In this document: piece after piece, positions 26,991 to 40,074 of the stretch
Layout of the letters: the number at the start of each line of letters is the position of its first letter
Numbering within the stretch: the stretch's first letter is position 1
Source: Geosiphon pyriformis uo1
Lineage: Eukaryota; Fungi; Glomeromycota
Direction: 5' to 3'
DNA length: 64,000 nt
Assembly: GCA_016748015.1 (NCBI GenBank)
Contig: JAAOMT010000239.1
Coordinates: 609,554 to 673,553, forward strand
The notes under the pieces: generated by a model
What the model saw: only the letters and a program-made list of their open reading frames with translations
What the model was told of the DNA's origin: nothing
Databases searched by the model: none
Program-made: the position numbers and the translations under genes

Positions 26991-29900
26991 ATAATCCTAC
27001 AGAGAACCAGCACCAATACAACAATAATCGAAAAGTGGCAGAACCAGAAAGAATAGAGACAAACCATTTAGGATTTGCCAAATCTTTGTTTTAATACTAT
27101 TGTCAATACTTAGAATTAACCAACAATTACCTATTAGTAGAATTAGTCTTCAATTTCTATGTCAACAAAAAAATTTCATATTTGTTAGGAGTACCAGTAA
27201 AAACTGACTCAGCCAGAAGAAATTTCTACAATGAATTAATCCAAAATACCAGCCTACTAACAAATTATAATTTCACAGCAACTTTTACTAAAATCAATAA
27301 AAAAATTAAAATCTATACTCAACAAAGATATCCAATTACTTATGTAAACAAAGGCAAAAGAAAGCTACAAACATCAACAATAACACCTCAAAGAGTACAA
27401 CCATCTACTTGGAAGAAAACAAGACTCAAATTACCAACCAATCCATCATACTACTATACACCCAGAAGTGGCATCAACATCTCATTAGCAGGCATGTCCA
27501 CATCAAATGCAAAAACTCCATTGGCATGAATACTCTTTCAAAGTAAACAATCAAAAACTGATCTATTAGGAACCTATAGTAAATATTTCAAGAGATTTAA
27601 GTCATGATTACCAACATCATCAAAATTTTGATCACTGCCACCTCTACCAAATTTGGAATTGTGAGTCCTTGAAAAGTAATAAAATTAGAGAAAAAGAAAG
27701 ACAACAATTAGGAATTCAATTACCAAAACCTGATTATCGAAAACCCCAAAATCAAAACCCTAAACATTCAAACTCAGCAAAATCCAATTTTGGAAAATCT
27801 GGAAATTGAAACTCTGAATTTTCAAACTTCTCAAAATTAGAACAATTCAAACCCCAACATAATCAATCAACAAAACTTATCTCTGATAAACATGATTGAT
27901 CAGCTACCAATTAAGAGGATTTAACAGCCATAATTACCACATCAACAATAATTGCAGCAATTATTTCAACAACCATCACAACAACTACAACAAATAGCAT
28001 ATGTACCAATTGCCAAAATCAAAAAATTCACTGGTAAAGAGGATAACACCCAGGTGTGACTAAACAATATCGAAAAGACTATTGCAGCCAATGGATGAAA
28101 TGATGCCAGAGCCATATAAGCCATTTCATATTTTCTTTAGGATACCACCAACTTATAGTATTAAAGCTTAATTAACAAACCCCAGGACTTCAATGCATTT
28201 AAGCTTGTGTTTCTACAATACTTTAGTAACAATAATAGTATCAATCAACTGGCAAATACTTTTACCACCATTAAACAAGGAGAAAATAAAGTAGTTACTA
28301 CCTATCTAGGATGCTTCTATAGGAATCTGCGCCAAATACAGACAATTCAAGCTGATTATTTTATAATACTACAAATCTTAAACCAATTCATTAGAGGCCT
28401 GCACAGTAGCATCCTCCAATACATACACCTATTGCATCCAGCAGACCTTCAAGTCACCATTACAAATGCCAAAAATTTTGAAGTAGCTAAACTTAAAGCC
28501 AATTATGCCCAAGCTATAAATTTAATAATAAACAGATTATCTGACTTGGATTTCAAATTGAAGCAATTTGGAAAGTCAATCAATCAGAAATTGGAAGGAT
28601 ACTTAGCTAACAACACACAAGCAATTTATCAACCTTTACAATAATGCAATAATCAAAGAAACTTCAATTATTTCCAAAATTAACCACATCTATCATCATC
28701 AACCAATCAACCATAACAACAGAAAACATGTGTTTGCTATTATTGTGGTAAATAAAGACATCTGCAATTTGAATGTTATAAAAAGATAAGCAACCAATAA
28801 TCGGAAAATTAGTATTGAAACTCTGATCACCACTTCTAAACTCAGAATTATGTTAGTAATTAATTACAAAAACATTACCAATATTAACCACATTATGCTC
28901 AAATAACTTAACCAATTTATCAAACCCTAATGACACAGTAATTATACTTACCTCTGATATATTAGCCTCCAGCACCAATTTATTAACCGACAACACTTAT
29001 AATTTATCAACCACCATAGCCACAAATAATTTATCAAACTTCAGCAATTTAACCATCACCATCAAACTCAGCTTATCTGACACCTGAAAATCAAAGACCA
29101 AGAATCACCCATATGCAGCAAAACTGGAAATTGGCAATAGTTATGCACCAACTGATCTCTAGTTTCTTAGCCCAACTGTCAGGATTATGCCAGTAGAGTT
29201 CAGGAACTGGGTATACCCAAAACTCGAGTTTCTAGAACTATTTAAGTCTTTTGGTTACCACAAAAAACACCTTATTCAATAACATAGAAACCAACCAAAC
29301 ACAACTACTCACTAGCAACATACTTCCAGCTACTATCACCAACAACAAATTACTAGCAGAAATTTTTTTGTTCAAACTTGAGGAACTGTCATCCATGCTT
29401 TTGTTTAATGGAGCCATGCTTAAAAAAAAACTGATCACTACTATGTACACTGATGCTATAGTTGATGACCATTCCATCAAACTTATATTAAATAGTAGGT
29501 CAGCAGACAGCATTATCACACAACAACTCATGAACCAATTAGGTTGCTGAGTTGATTGTGCTGCCAATATCAGAATTATAACAGCTGATGAAATGACCAA
29601 AACTCCAATTGGCAAGATTGATAACCTCCCTATAGAAGTCAATGACATCATAGTACTAATCAAGGTATTAGTCATGGAAGCCACTCAGTACTAAGCACTC
29701 ATTGGCAATAACTGGTTGTCTAAAACCAATGCAATACTTGACTGGAACACATAGAAGCTCTAACTTAGCCAGAATAGTCAACACACATGTGTACCAGCTA
29801 TGTGTGGCCACTTTAAGCCTATCACTATGCAATCAGTACTCCTCATCAAGTTCAATAACAAAGAAGAAAAACCTACCTGGAAAGCATATCAAATTTCCTA

Positions 29901-32900
29901 AACCAATGATAACTACAATGAGCTATCATTGATTTTAAACTGAGAAAAAAAAGACAGAGAAAAAAGAAAAGAAAGAGAAGGAAACATACCTGAAGAAACC
30001 AATGACAACACAGAAACTAACAGTTGGGAAAGATTATACTCTACAGATACCAGACCAGAACCACTTTATATTCCTCTTAGGTGCAAAGACTACAAGAAAA
30101 AACTGTCTTTTATGGGAGCTTGAGTCATGTCAGATGAAGATTACTGAACAAAAATCTATTACTACTGCAAACCATGTTATTATGAATGCTACAGTTATCC
30201 TAAAAAACAAGGCAAGTGAGACAACAAACTATGTCTCACTTGTGACAAACAATTACTAGATGAAGAAATATGGAATAACATTTCTGAACAAGAAGAAACA
30301 TGCGATGCTTTATGTCAGTACACAATCTTTATAAGCGACTGGATTAGTCATGGAACACCCATTATGGCAGCCTGACACCAAACAATCTTTTGCTTGGACA
30401 GTTACCCACATGATAAGAACAAGATCTGACAAATGGCAAATGCCAAAGTCAAAGACACTTTGTCTAATGAAATTTTAAAGATCAAAAATAACTTACCTAA
30501 ACCAGTCAATATTGTTTTAATTCCCAATCCAGATGCTTTTCTAAACATTGAAGCAGACCCAAAAAAATTCCATAAGCACTACCAGAATCTAACACTTACT
30601 AGAAAAAACAAGAGCAAAATTTAAAAGAAATAAACACCCAACTATGTGACCACTGTTTGATCTCATATAACTTTTAATATTGTAATAAGTGTGACCTCAT
30701 TTACAATCTACTATCATGCATAATCTACACAATCCTAGAAGAGGAAAAACCAATTAATAGCTACACATCAGAATCAGAATTATAGTTCAATCCTGATTCA
30801 AACTCTGACAATAATAACAACAAAAATAATGGTTCCAGCTCTGTACAAAATAACAATAAAAATAACAACAATCCAGACTTCAATTCAAACTTAGAACAAT
30901 ATATTGTGCTTCCTGACCTTACCAAGAAACAAGAACTTAAATGGTTTAGTGATAATAATAAGAGCATCATACCAGAACATATGTATGATACAGATACTGA
31001 GTTTGATCTGAAATATCTAAGAAAAAATACTATCAAGTTGGAACCACACTCATGTATCTACATTGATCTTAAAATAGCACTGGAAATCTCAGCAACAACA
31101 ATAGTTCAATTAGCATCTAGGAGTGGTTTAGCGAAAAAAGGAATTAACATTAGAAGAGAAATAATTAATACAATATACATAAAAAATATCATTATAATAC
31201 TACAGAATGATTCAAAAAAGGTCTATATTATAGAGCCAAATAAAAAGATAACACAGGCAATATTCCTGCTTCTGATTAAAGTAGCTCAATTAGTGTTAAT
31301 AGAAAAAAGAGAAGAATTAAGAATGACAGTTAAAAGGATACAGGAATTCGGATCCACAAGTAGAATAAATGTATCAGTTAATATGATAGAGGAAAAAGTT
31401 ATTAACAAGAGAGAAATTATCTCCAACTATCAATCAATTTCTATTTCATCATATAACCAGTACATATTAGCCATAGAAAGAGAAGTAAAAAATCAAGCTC
31501 AAATTTTTGAAGCAGAAATTACTATGTGTAAATCAGAAAAGATAGGACTTACTAATCTTTACATATTAGCCAAAAACCCAAAACATATAAAAATTCTTAT
31601 CTATAACACAACAGAAGATGTTTTTGAGATACCAAAAAGAACTACCATTGGATATTTAAGCACTGAAGTTGGAGAACAATCACCAAATTCCATTTCAAAC
31701 TTTTTACAACTGTGTGAATATGTGGATATTACATCACAAACAATATACAGACAAAAAAAATGTTATTTGCTCCAATTAGAACAATTGGAACAGATGAACT
31801 TGAGAAATCTAGACCCACTACAATGTATATAGCTTAAGATATTATTTAACAACTTCAATGACATCTTTGCCAGTGAAAATGAATTTGGCAAAACTAATAT
31901 TATCTAGCATTAAATAAAAACTGAAGATGTAATGCCAATTAAGCAAAGAACATACTGAGTACTACCAGCCAGCCATGAAATCATTCATCAAGAAATCAAT
32001 CAGATGCTAAATAACAGATTAATTCAGCCATCAATGAGCCCATAATTATTATCAGTAGTACTAGTTCATAAGAAAAATAGAAAAATCCACTTTTGTGTGG
32101 ATTACTGAAAACTGAATGGAGTAACAAAAAAAGATAGCTACCCAACTCCAAAGATCCAAAAACTTTTTGATGCTTTTGGAGGAAAGAAATAGTTCTCAAT
32201 ATTAAACTTAGAAAGTGGTTACTGGCAAGTAGCCATGAAATCAGAAGATAAAAAGAAAATGGCTTTTACAACATAAGAAGAGAATTTCGAATTTAAGATT
32301 ATGCCATTTGGTTTGATAAATGCTCCCACTATATTTTAACAACTTATGAAAATAGTCTATACTGGACTGTTATAAAAATTAGTAGTCGTATATCTGGATG
32401 ACACCAATGTATTTTCCAAAACATTCGATGATCATTTATATCATCTTCAACAAATATTTGAAAGATTAAGAAGAGCTGGATTAAAATTAAATGCAATTAA
32501 GTGTTTCTTTGAAAAAACTGAACTCAAGTTTTTGGAACATGTTGTAAGCAAAGATGATATCAAAACAGATCCAGACAAGATTAAAGTAGTCAAGAACTTT
32601 CCAGTATCAACCAACTTGACATAACAAAGAGCATTCTTAGGATTTGCTAGATACTATTGCCATTTTATCAAAAATTTTTCTAAGATGGCTTAGCTATTAC
32701 ACTAGCTTCAATCAAAAAACACCAAGTATGAATGGACAGAAAACCAGCAAAAAGCTTTTAATATATTAAGAAGAAAGCTTATTCAAGCTCCAATATTAAT
32801 GTATCTAGATCACAGCAAATTATTTATCATTCCTACCAATACATTAGACCAAGCATTGGGAGCAGTACTATCACAGAGAAGACTGAATGGAAAAAAACAT

Positions 32901-32988
32901 CCAATAACATATGCCAGTCAAAGTTTGAGTCCAGTGAAAAAGAACTATAAAACACCAGCATTAGAACACTTAGCAATCTATTGGGCAG

Positions 32989-33846
32989 TGTTACGGGATG
33001 GTTTTCTTGTTATATTTAATTGCTGATATCCCGCTTTAATTGCAATCAGTCTTTCGTGAGTTCCTCAATTCTATTTGTGTGATAATGTTACTGTTACACT
33101 GAAGGCTTTCTTTTTACTGTTGCAATGTAAGTTATTTTTTAATTCTTGATTGTTGTGTGTGTTTATGTACTCCTTCTCAGAGGCTGAACTGAAATCTACC
33201 CACTGTCTGAGGTCTTCTCTGAGGCTATCCTTGCAATTGCCTGATGTGTTTCTCTAATCTAGAAACACAGAATGTTAATGGTCTTTAGCGCTTTTCTAAT
33301 TCTCACAATAAAGCTTTTATCAATTAGTAACAATGTGAATAATCTTGATCAAGGATTATTCTTCCAAGGGTTTCAATTGATGAATGATAATTTCATTCAA
33401 TAAATAATACAAGTAAGTTTCTTAATACTTTGGGTTGTGATAGTTCAGTTTTAAATATTTCTTTTTGATTTTTAAAGGTTTCTTGGGATATTTAATTTGA
33501 AAGTATGATTTAAAGTGGAGTTTGTTGGATAAAATTGGATCTATTGCTTGATAAGTTATGATTTTTATTACTTGATTTTTTTATTTCCCAATATTAAAAC
33601 TACTATATATATACATGTTTGTAGTTCTACGAGAAAATACTTTCTTTTTGATATTTCAACCTGGTGTTTGCTGCTATCACCAGTTGGTGTTGACTGCTAT
33701 TGTGAACTGGTGCTTGCCACTATCGCGAGATGGTGTTTGCTACTATGTTAATCATTACCTTTCTAAGATTATTACTGTGCTATATTATGATTGAATAGTT
33801 TGTATTATTTTTATGATTCTTTTTTCTAAATTCTTAAACTGTAACA
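32989..33846 (-). repeat. 3' LTR of element C (858 bp)
   Basis: TGTTA..TAACA termini; PPT adjacent at 33847-33861; 23-bp unit array at 33661-33747. Confidence 0.93.
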
Positions 33847-33887
33847 TTATCTCCTCCTTTCAAGATTGAGCTCCGTCGAAATCGAAG

Positions 33888-34214
33888 TTAATTTCTTATG
33901 TATTGGATTATGTCTGAGCTCATTTTTGGCCAATAGTAACGGCTAGTTGCACGTTGAATGGTTGCTGTTTTTCCAAAGTGGCCTGAATGAATATCTGAGT
34001 GCATGTTAAATAAGATAGTTTTTTTTTCATCCGTGGTTATAACTCTTAATGAATTATCTGGATTTTGTCGATTCTGGTAATAAAGTATGTGATTTTGGAT
34101 GAAATAGTGTTTTGCTAATTTTTGGAGCTTAATTAGCTCTTTTACTGGCATTTCTTCGTTTATTTGTAGTGTTTCCAAGTATTGGCTGAGGTTTTTGTAA
34201 AGGTGGTTGTTCAT
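33888..34214 (-). pseudogene. Truncated stand-alone integrase ORF of element C (N-terminal domain only)
   Basis: ATG start MNNHLYKNLSQYL..MHSDIHSGHFG..YYWP..YIRN*, fused directly to the pre-PPT motif. Confidence 0.85.
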
Positions 34215-34243
34215 TGTTGTTGTGGCGGGTGGATTGGTGATTT

Positions 34244-37200
34244 TTATGTGTGTCTCATTCTTGACAAACAGTCAGCATTAGCATTTTTGGTATCTTCTTT
34301 GTATTTGATAATATAATCGTATGGTGCTAACGTTTGTGACCATCTGGCGTATTTTCCTTTTAGCGCTTTTTTGTTATTTAACCAGACCAGACCTCTATGA
34401 TCTGTCATAATCTCAAAGAGTTGGTACCGTAAATATGTGTCAAAGTGAACACAACTCCAGACTACTGCTAAGCATTCAAGTTCATGTGCTGCATAGTTTT
34501 GTTCTGCCGTACTGAGACTTCTGCTGGCATAAGCAATTACACGTTCTCTTCCATTATCATCTTTTTGTGACAGAATGGCTCCAAGTCCAGTTCCAGAGGC
34601 ATCTGTGGCCAAAATGAATTTCTTGTTGAAATTCGGATAGATCATTATTGGTGATTCAATGAGCTTTTGTCTAAGGTACTCAAAAGCTTTTTGTTGTGCT
34701 TCAGTCCATTCAAACTTCACATTTTTAGATAGTAGGTAATTAAGGGGTTTGGCGATGTTTGAAAAGTTTTCTACAAAGCGGCGATAGTAAGATGCGAGTC
34801 CTAAAAAGCTTCTAACTTCTGAGACGTTTCGAGGTACTGGAAAATTTTTCACTTTGTCTATTTTTGATGGATCTGGTTTTATTCCATCTTTTCCAACTAC
34901 GTGTCCTAAAAATGCTAGCTCATTTTTCCCAAAGAAACATTTTTCTAGATTTAGTTTAAGTCCAGTGTGTCTCAATCTCTCAAAAACTTGTTGTAAATAT
35001 TGGAGATGATCCGTGAATTTTGACGAGAAAACATTTGTATCATCCAAGTAGACAACAACGGANNNNNNNNNNNNNNNNNNNNTACCTTTCTAAGATTATT
35101 ACTGTGCTATATTATGATTGAATAGTTTGTATTATTTTTATGATTCTTTTTTCTAAATTCTTAAACTGTAACATTATCTCCTCCTTTCAAGATTGAGCTC
35201 CGTCGAAATCGAAGTTAATTTCTTATGTATTGGATTATGTCTGAGCTCATTTTTGGCCAATAGTAACGGCTAGTTGCACGTTGAATGGTTGCTGTTTTTC
35301 CAAAGTGGCCTGAATGAATATCTGAGTGCATGTTAAATAAGATAGTTTTTTTTTCATCCGTGGTTATAACTCTTAATGAATTATCTGGATTTTGTCGATT
35401 CTGGTAATAAAGTATGTGATTTTGGATGAAATAGTGTTTTGCTAATTTTTGGAGCTTAATTAGCTCTTTTACTGGCATTTCTTTGTTTATTTGTAGTGTT
35501 TCCAAGTATTGGCTGAGGTTTTTGTAAAGGTGGTTGTTCATTGTTGTTGTGGCGGGTGGATTGGTGATTTTTATGTGTGTCTCNNNNNNNNNNNNNNNNN
35601 NNNTCAGGATCCATTGTTCCAATGTTTAATTTGGCCAATTCTTCTGGCGTAAATTGATAGCATTCTACTGGTTGTTGCCAATTTATTGAAGTGAGTTCAA
35701 AGTAGAGGGCAATTTCTGGGAAATTTAGAATTTCTTGTGGTGTTGACACGTTTTCTAGCTCCGTTCCGAGGTATCCAATGATGGTATCTTCCGGAATGTA
35801 GACGGGTTCTTCTGTGGTGTTTGTGATAGGAATTTTTATCCATTGAGCTTTATCAGCTGGAATAAAAAGGTTAGTAAGTCCTATGAAAAACTGTTGGCAA
35901 GTTTCTGGGTAGGGCTCAAATATTAGGTCTTTTTCTTTAATTGTCCTTTTTATTCTTATTTCTGATTTTCCATATGGTAGGAGCGTGATGGACCACTCAT
36001 TTTTAATTACTTCGCCTTTTTCCCCTATTGTTTCAGCAAAATTTGCTTTAATTCCTTTTCCTGTCAATCCGAAACAAAAGTTCCTCTCGTTGTTTGTGAC
36101 AATTCCTCACAATTTTCCACTGACACGAATTTCCCAATTTTTACCAATGGTAAGAAAATTGCTTGTGCAATCTTTTCCTTAGATTCAATAGTATAAGGCT
36201 TTTCTGAATTGTTCTGTAGCAAAACCATCAAATTTCCAGTGTATCCGGAGTCAATTACTCCTCCTTGAACGCTTATTCATTTTTTTGCGAGGCTTGATCG
36301 CGACGCCATTTGAACCATTATTCCTGGCGGAATTTCAACTGCTATTTTTAGGTCGATTTTGGTGATGCTCCTGGGTGGTAACGTTGTGGATTGGTCTTTC
36401 GGATAACGTAGATCGAATCCGGCGTCAGTTGGATGGGCTCTTTCGGGTATTATTCCTAAGTGCCCGTTGTTGAAGTATCAAATGTCGGTCATCTGTTCTA
36501 GGTCGGTATAGGCTACAAATTTTTCTGACTCAGGACCGTCAGGTGAGTCTTGTTGATTTATTGATTGATTTTGAGACTGTTGATTCTCAATTTCCATTTT
36601 TTTTTCTAAGTCTCTTTCGTCTTGACACTCTTCACAGCACTGACTTTGGCACGGGATGAGACAGTTTTCGCAGAGGTAAGTGTTGATTTGGGCGAGATAT
36701 TGTTCTTGCTCTTGTCGAGTGGGGCATAGTTGTTGGTAGTAGTCCTGGAATTCATCCACTGGGTCGAACATGTTGTAGCTGGCGACTTCATCGGCTACTT
36801 CGGCTGACTTTTTCCAACGTCGTATTTCTTCGGCGGTTCCTCCTCTTACTTTGGCTTGTGCGGTGTACAACTCGTCCTCGTCGTGTGGGTAGTGCTGTAG
36901 TCTTTTTAACGCTCTGTTGAACGCTGCTTCGAATGGCATTCCTCCTCTTACTCAGTCACAGATGAGGATTGTGTATTGGCAAGTTGCGTCACACGTTCCT
37001 CCTCTGCCTGGTAAGTCGTTCCAGTTGCACCCTCTTGGTAACGGTTCTCCACAAGCGAGGCACGGTTCCTCGTCCCATTTTCCGTGTCTTTCTGGGTAAC
37101 CGTATTTTTCTTTGTTACAACGGTTACAATAGTAGTGGGTGGGGTTTCTTGGGTCTTCGTCCGGTGCACTGCACGCAGTCATAAACGAGAGTTTCTTCTT

Positions 37201-39992
37201 GCAAACCGAGCATTCTAGCTTTGGTCTGCGTCGCTGGTGGTTTCTTCGTGAACTTACCTGGTTCTATTCAGATCTTTCTTCGCTGGTCCACGTTGGTACG
37301 GCTGGTAGTCCTGTTCTTTGGTCATCAGCCCAAGAGAGCTGATAGGTTTCGATGGCTGGTAGTGCTGGATTTTCCTCAAATTCGAAGGTAGGTCTTTGGT
37401 TGGCACTGGGTTTTTGGAAGTGGCCACAGGTGGCTGGAATTTTGGCCTGGTGGCCATTATAATTGATCAGAAGCTCTTGGGTGGTCCAGTCTAGGGTGGC
37501 GTTGGCTTTTGTTAGCCAGTCATTCCCTACTAACACTTGATATTGTGTAGCGTCCATTACTAATACTTTTGTAGGTATTACTATGCTGTTAATTTCGAAA
37601 GGGAATGAGTCGATTTCGCCATAAGGCAGCTTTGTACTTCCATCGGCTGTTATGATTTGGGACATCGTGGCACGATCAACTTTGAAACCCAGTTGGTTTA
37701 CTAGTTGAAACGTTACGATGCTTCCAGCGGATCCACTGTCTAAGATAAGTTTGATTGGGGTATTGTTTACAGTGGCTTCCGTATACATAGCAGTGATTGG
37801 GCGTTTTTCGTCCAATGCTGCTCCACTGAACATAGTCTCATTTTCCTCTAATTCAAAAGGAAAAATAGCTGCGAGGCTGCTATCTTCGGTGGCAACTGCT
37901 GGTGGTATTGTCTGGCTCAATTTGGAGGAATTCTTGGTTCTGTTTATGTTTCTACCATCATTGTTTCCGATGATCAGGTTTTCCGGTATATTAAGGTAAA
38001 TTTGTTGATAATTTTGGTAGTTTGGATTGGTTTGCTGATTGGTTCCGGCGCAGTTTGGATTCCTCTGGACCAACGCGTTCTGGTTCCACATGGGCTGATT
38101 TCGGGCCTCAGGATGCCAATTCGGGTTGGCTATCATGGGCTGTTGCTGGTAAGCTCCTTGATTTTGATACATGGTGAGATATTGGCATGGTATTGGCGTG
38201 TACTGGTTTCTGGGCATTTGGGGTGGCGCATAGTAATTATTTTCGCGTGCTTCCTGCATCATTCGCGTTCGACATTGACTAATCAAATGTCCTACGCATT
38301 TGCAAAAATGGCAGGCGCGTGTTTCTGTTCTGAATTCCTGGCGCGACAAGCAATTATTTCAACTGTCACTGACTTCCTGGCTGCGTCTTTGGGGTGGTTG
38401 GTATGTATTTTTTCTCGGATCCGGGATGAGGTAACTTTCTATTTTCTTAGAGAGTTTCTTCCCTAATCACGTTACTCTTTTCTCTAATGTTTCTGTCTTA
38501 TTTTCCTCCATTACCATGTTAACCATTTGACTATGGTTAGCTTCTTTCTCAGCCGATTCAAGGGCTCTGGCGAGCGTAACGGCTTCTGGTAAGGAATTAG
38601 GGTGGGCAGGGCGTACTCTTCCTAAAATGCTGCTTTTTAATCCTCTAATAAACTGATTTAAAACCTGAGGATCAGTGTAGTATCCTTGTTCAATCGCTTC
38701 AATCTGACGGCGAATTCGATTGAATCGAGCAAGGTATTGGGTGACAGTTTCACTGGTATTTTGCTTGATAGTATTGAATTCGTTCTGTAGTTGNNNNNNN
38801 NNNNNNNNNNNNNNNNNNNNNNNNNNNNNNNNNNNNNNNNNNNNNNNNNNNNNNNNNNNNNNNNNNNNNNNNNNNNNNNNNNNNNNNNNNNNNNNNNNNN
38901 NNNNNNNGCGAAGCTCGTGGGTTTTGTTTCCAGGCTTTGATACCACGAGTCGGCTGTGCCTTTCAGGAAGAAAGGTAATGTTTGAATTGCTCTTTGGTCA
39001 TTCTAGTTATTTGCCTGGATGGCTTTTTGTGCTTCTCTGAGCCATGTGTGCACGTCCGTTTCTTCTTCCTCTCCTGAGAAATCTGTTAGTCTTGTAATGT
39101 ATGGTGTGGTCATTTCGTTGCCATTTTCTGCTGGTGGGTTTATTGGTCTAAGAGGAGGTGGGATGATATTTCCTTGAGCGTTCCTAAAAGTGGCTTCCCT
39201 TATATCCGGTTCTTCCTCTTGATCACAAATTTCTTGGTTTCTGGACTGGCTGCTTGTTCCAGTGACTGGTCTTGTGATTGTTTTTTCGCTGGTCTCTTTT
39301 TCGGATTCTGATTCAGACTCCTCTTCATGGTTTTCAAACCCCATTCTAAATTTTGGCTGAAAAAGAGGGTTTTGGAATAGTGATGAATATTCTCCTGTAA
39401 TTAGTATGTCTCCCCAGTTACGTTGTTTAATTTTATCAATATAACTAGGAGTTCTTGGCATTTGTGGAGTTGATGTTGATGATGATGCAGCTCCTAATGG
39501 AATTTGTATCTTATTTTCTGGTGAAAAATGGTATGATTTATCTTCTGGTGAATAAATACATTGTTTCTTTATTGATTGAGTGACAGTTTTCTTTGGCGTT
39601 TGAGCTGGTGTTCCTAGTTTTTGCTGGTTACTTTCCTGATTAGTTTCTAAATTTTCTTTGGTTTTGTTGGCGCATTCCCTAGTGTTTCCTGTGAATATTG
39701 GAAAATTTTTGTTGGCGTATTGCTCAATTTCTCGATGGATTTTGACAATAGTTGCAGCTATTACTGCTACTTCTTTTGTAGTGTATTGTGATAATTTTCT
39801 ATACAATCCAAGTTTTGTGTCATATGGTTCTTCTTCCTTTCCTATATGATAATTTATTCTGGCATTGATATAATAAGTGAGGGCAGATTCTGCTGGACAA
39901 CACCCTTCTGGTAATCCAAGATCACTTTGATTTTGTGTGTAAATAGCATGGCAGAATTCAAGAACAGTAAGATTAGGGGTTTTTGTTGCCAC
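34244..39992 (-). pseudogene. Element C Gag-PR-Cys-rich-dUTPase-RT-RNase H polyprotein (gapped)
   Basis: CHFCKCVGHLISQC and LILDSGSAGS in one frame (37264-38349); dUTPase at ~36050-36480; YLDD..TDASG..ADCLSRMRHT*. Confidence 0.9.
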
Positions 39993-40074
39993 TTTTGTCT
40001 TTTCCTTTTTAGCAATGAATTATTGCTAATTATTATTTCTTTTTTGATTTTCTTTCCTCATAGGGCTTACCAAA

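Noticed and set aside
33661-33747. 23-bp, 20-bp and 10-bp periodic repeats as CRISPR-like arrays
   Set aside because: Degenerate units inside LTRs, no unique spacers of proper length, no cas genes, eukaryotic context.
35083-35583. 501-bp duplication of 33756-34256 as a real internal tandem structure
   Set aside because: Bounded by N gaps on both sides and sits where the missing first half of RT should be; most likely a scaffolding artefact or a contig from another copy.
37718-38466. Recurrent antisense ORFs opposite protease/gag (also 29238-29684, 46253-46507, 50991-51230)
   Set aside because: Shadow frames of the conserved coding strand with inconsistent starts and ends.
38340-38470. Programmed gag-pol frameshift
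   Set aside because: In the least decayed copy (C) the zinc knuckle and protease share one frame, and the intervening stop fits CAG>TAG decay.
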